From Neocallimastix sp. 'constans' (taxonomy: Eukaryota), in the NCBI GenBank assembly GCA_050613775.1, contig JBODTK010000111.1, forward strand, positions 372,001 through 436,000: 64,000 bases of DNA. Direction: 5' to 3'. Positions 63,036 through 64,000 of the stretch are shown piece after piece. Every line of letters begins with the position of its first letter. Position 1 is the stretch's first letter. The notes beneath the pieces were generated by a model. It saw only the letters and a program-made list of their open reading frames with translations. It was not told the origin of the DNA and searched no databases. The position numbers and the translations under genes are program-made.

Positions 63036-64000
63036 ATTAACAATAGGAGCAATTCTACGAATATTATCATGATTAGCAAATTGACAATTAAAGAATTTAC
63101 TTTCTACCGTTTTTTCTTTTTCATATTCATCATAGAGATGTTGAAGTTTTGTTTTAACGACGGAAAGTTCCTCATCCTTATTCACATCACACTCATATCC
63201 ATTTGGTGTGACAATAAAGAATTCACGAAGTTTCAATTCTTCCGTAGGAATGGAACGATTAATATCTTCATACAGTAGTATGGATAATGGTATCAATTCA
63301 CTCTTAAGGTACTTCTTTTTATGTCTTGCTTTACCCTTATTCTTTTTATATTTTGGACGTTTAGAGGTTTTATGTGATTTTTTAGTCGTACTTGAATTTG
63401 ATGGATTTTCGTTTGTGTTTGCAATGACATCGGTATTAGGATTGGCATTGTCATTAGCATTAGCATTAGCATTAGCATTGATGTTAGATGAGATGGTAGC
63501 GTTTGTACTTGATGGAATGGTACTTAAGTTTTCAGTGGTTGGTGTAATTTTTGGAATAGTACTTAATGTTGCATTTGAAATGGGTGTTGAAGTTGAAGCC
63601 GGATCTACACTTGCGTTTGGGGTTGCAGTTGCAGTTGTAGTTGAAGTTGCAGTAGTAGAAGTATCATTGATTGTAGTTGTGGTAGTAGTGTTAGTAGTTT
63701 CAGTAGTGTCAGTGTTTGGTAAAGCCATAGGCGTCGCAGGGACAGTAATTATTTTGATATTATCTGTAGCTTTTTCAATGACCTTTTCTTCCTTTTTAAT
63801 CAATGATTTATATTCTTGAATTTCACCTTCTTCTAAATAATTATCATCACCATCAGAAATATCCATATCTTCTTCCTCTACTTCACTATCCAAATTACTA
63901 ATCGAATAAGATTTAGTATTAGTATTGATATTATTAGTATTAATATTGGTATTATATGTATTAGTATTGATATAATTAGTATTAATATTAGTATTATATG
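63036..64000 (-). CDS. Exon of a gene entering from beyond the window; low-complexity protein with an EEGEI motif
   Basis: Open frame ending ...RRIAPIVN followed by a GTAAG donor near 63035. A possible terminal exon lies near 62615-62680. Product unknown. Confidence 0.6.

Overview
Extremely AT-rich eukaryotic genomic DNA with GT-AG introns and many microsatellites. Composition, a scaffoldin-like gene and ankyrin/Gypsy relics point to an anaerobic gut fungus (Neocallimastigomycota); this is inferred, not verified. Recognisable genes: a Sec9/SNAP-25-type SNARE, WAPL, a NEO1/ATP9 P4-ATPase, a divergent Cdc42, an ERMARD/DUF4209 homologue and a 1546-aa intronless scaffoldin-like protein. Less explained elements: an intronless gene made of two tandem bacterial-type W-G-R-W-S domains (HGT candidate) lying among TE and pseudogene relics, an orphan combining a CXC cysteine cluster with a BAF/HhH-like motif, a tRNA-headed SINE-like element retaining CCA, an unexplained GC-richer island, a lone GC palindrome upstream of the scaffoldin, and a six-copy ~1-kb tandem array with a ~2-kb higher-order period. 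Most short ORFs in the track are low-complexity noise. Exon boundaries were read by eye and no database searches were run.
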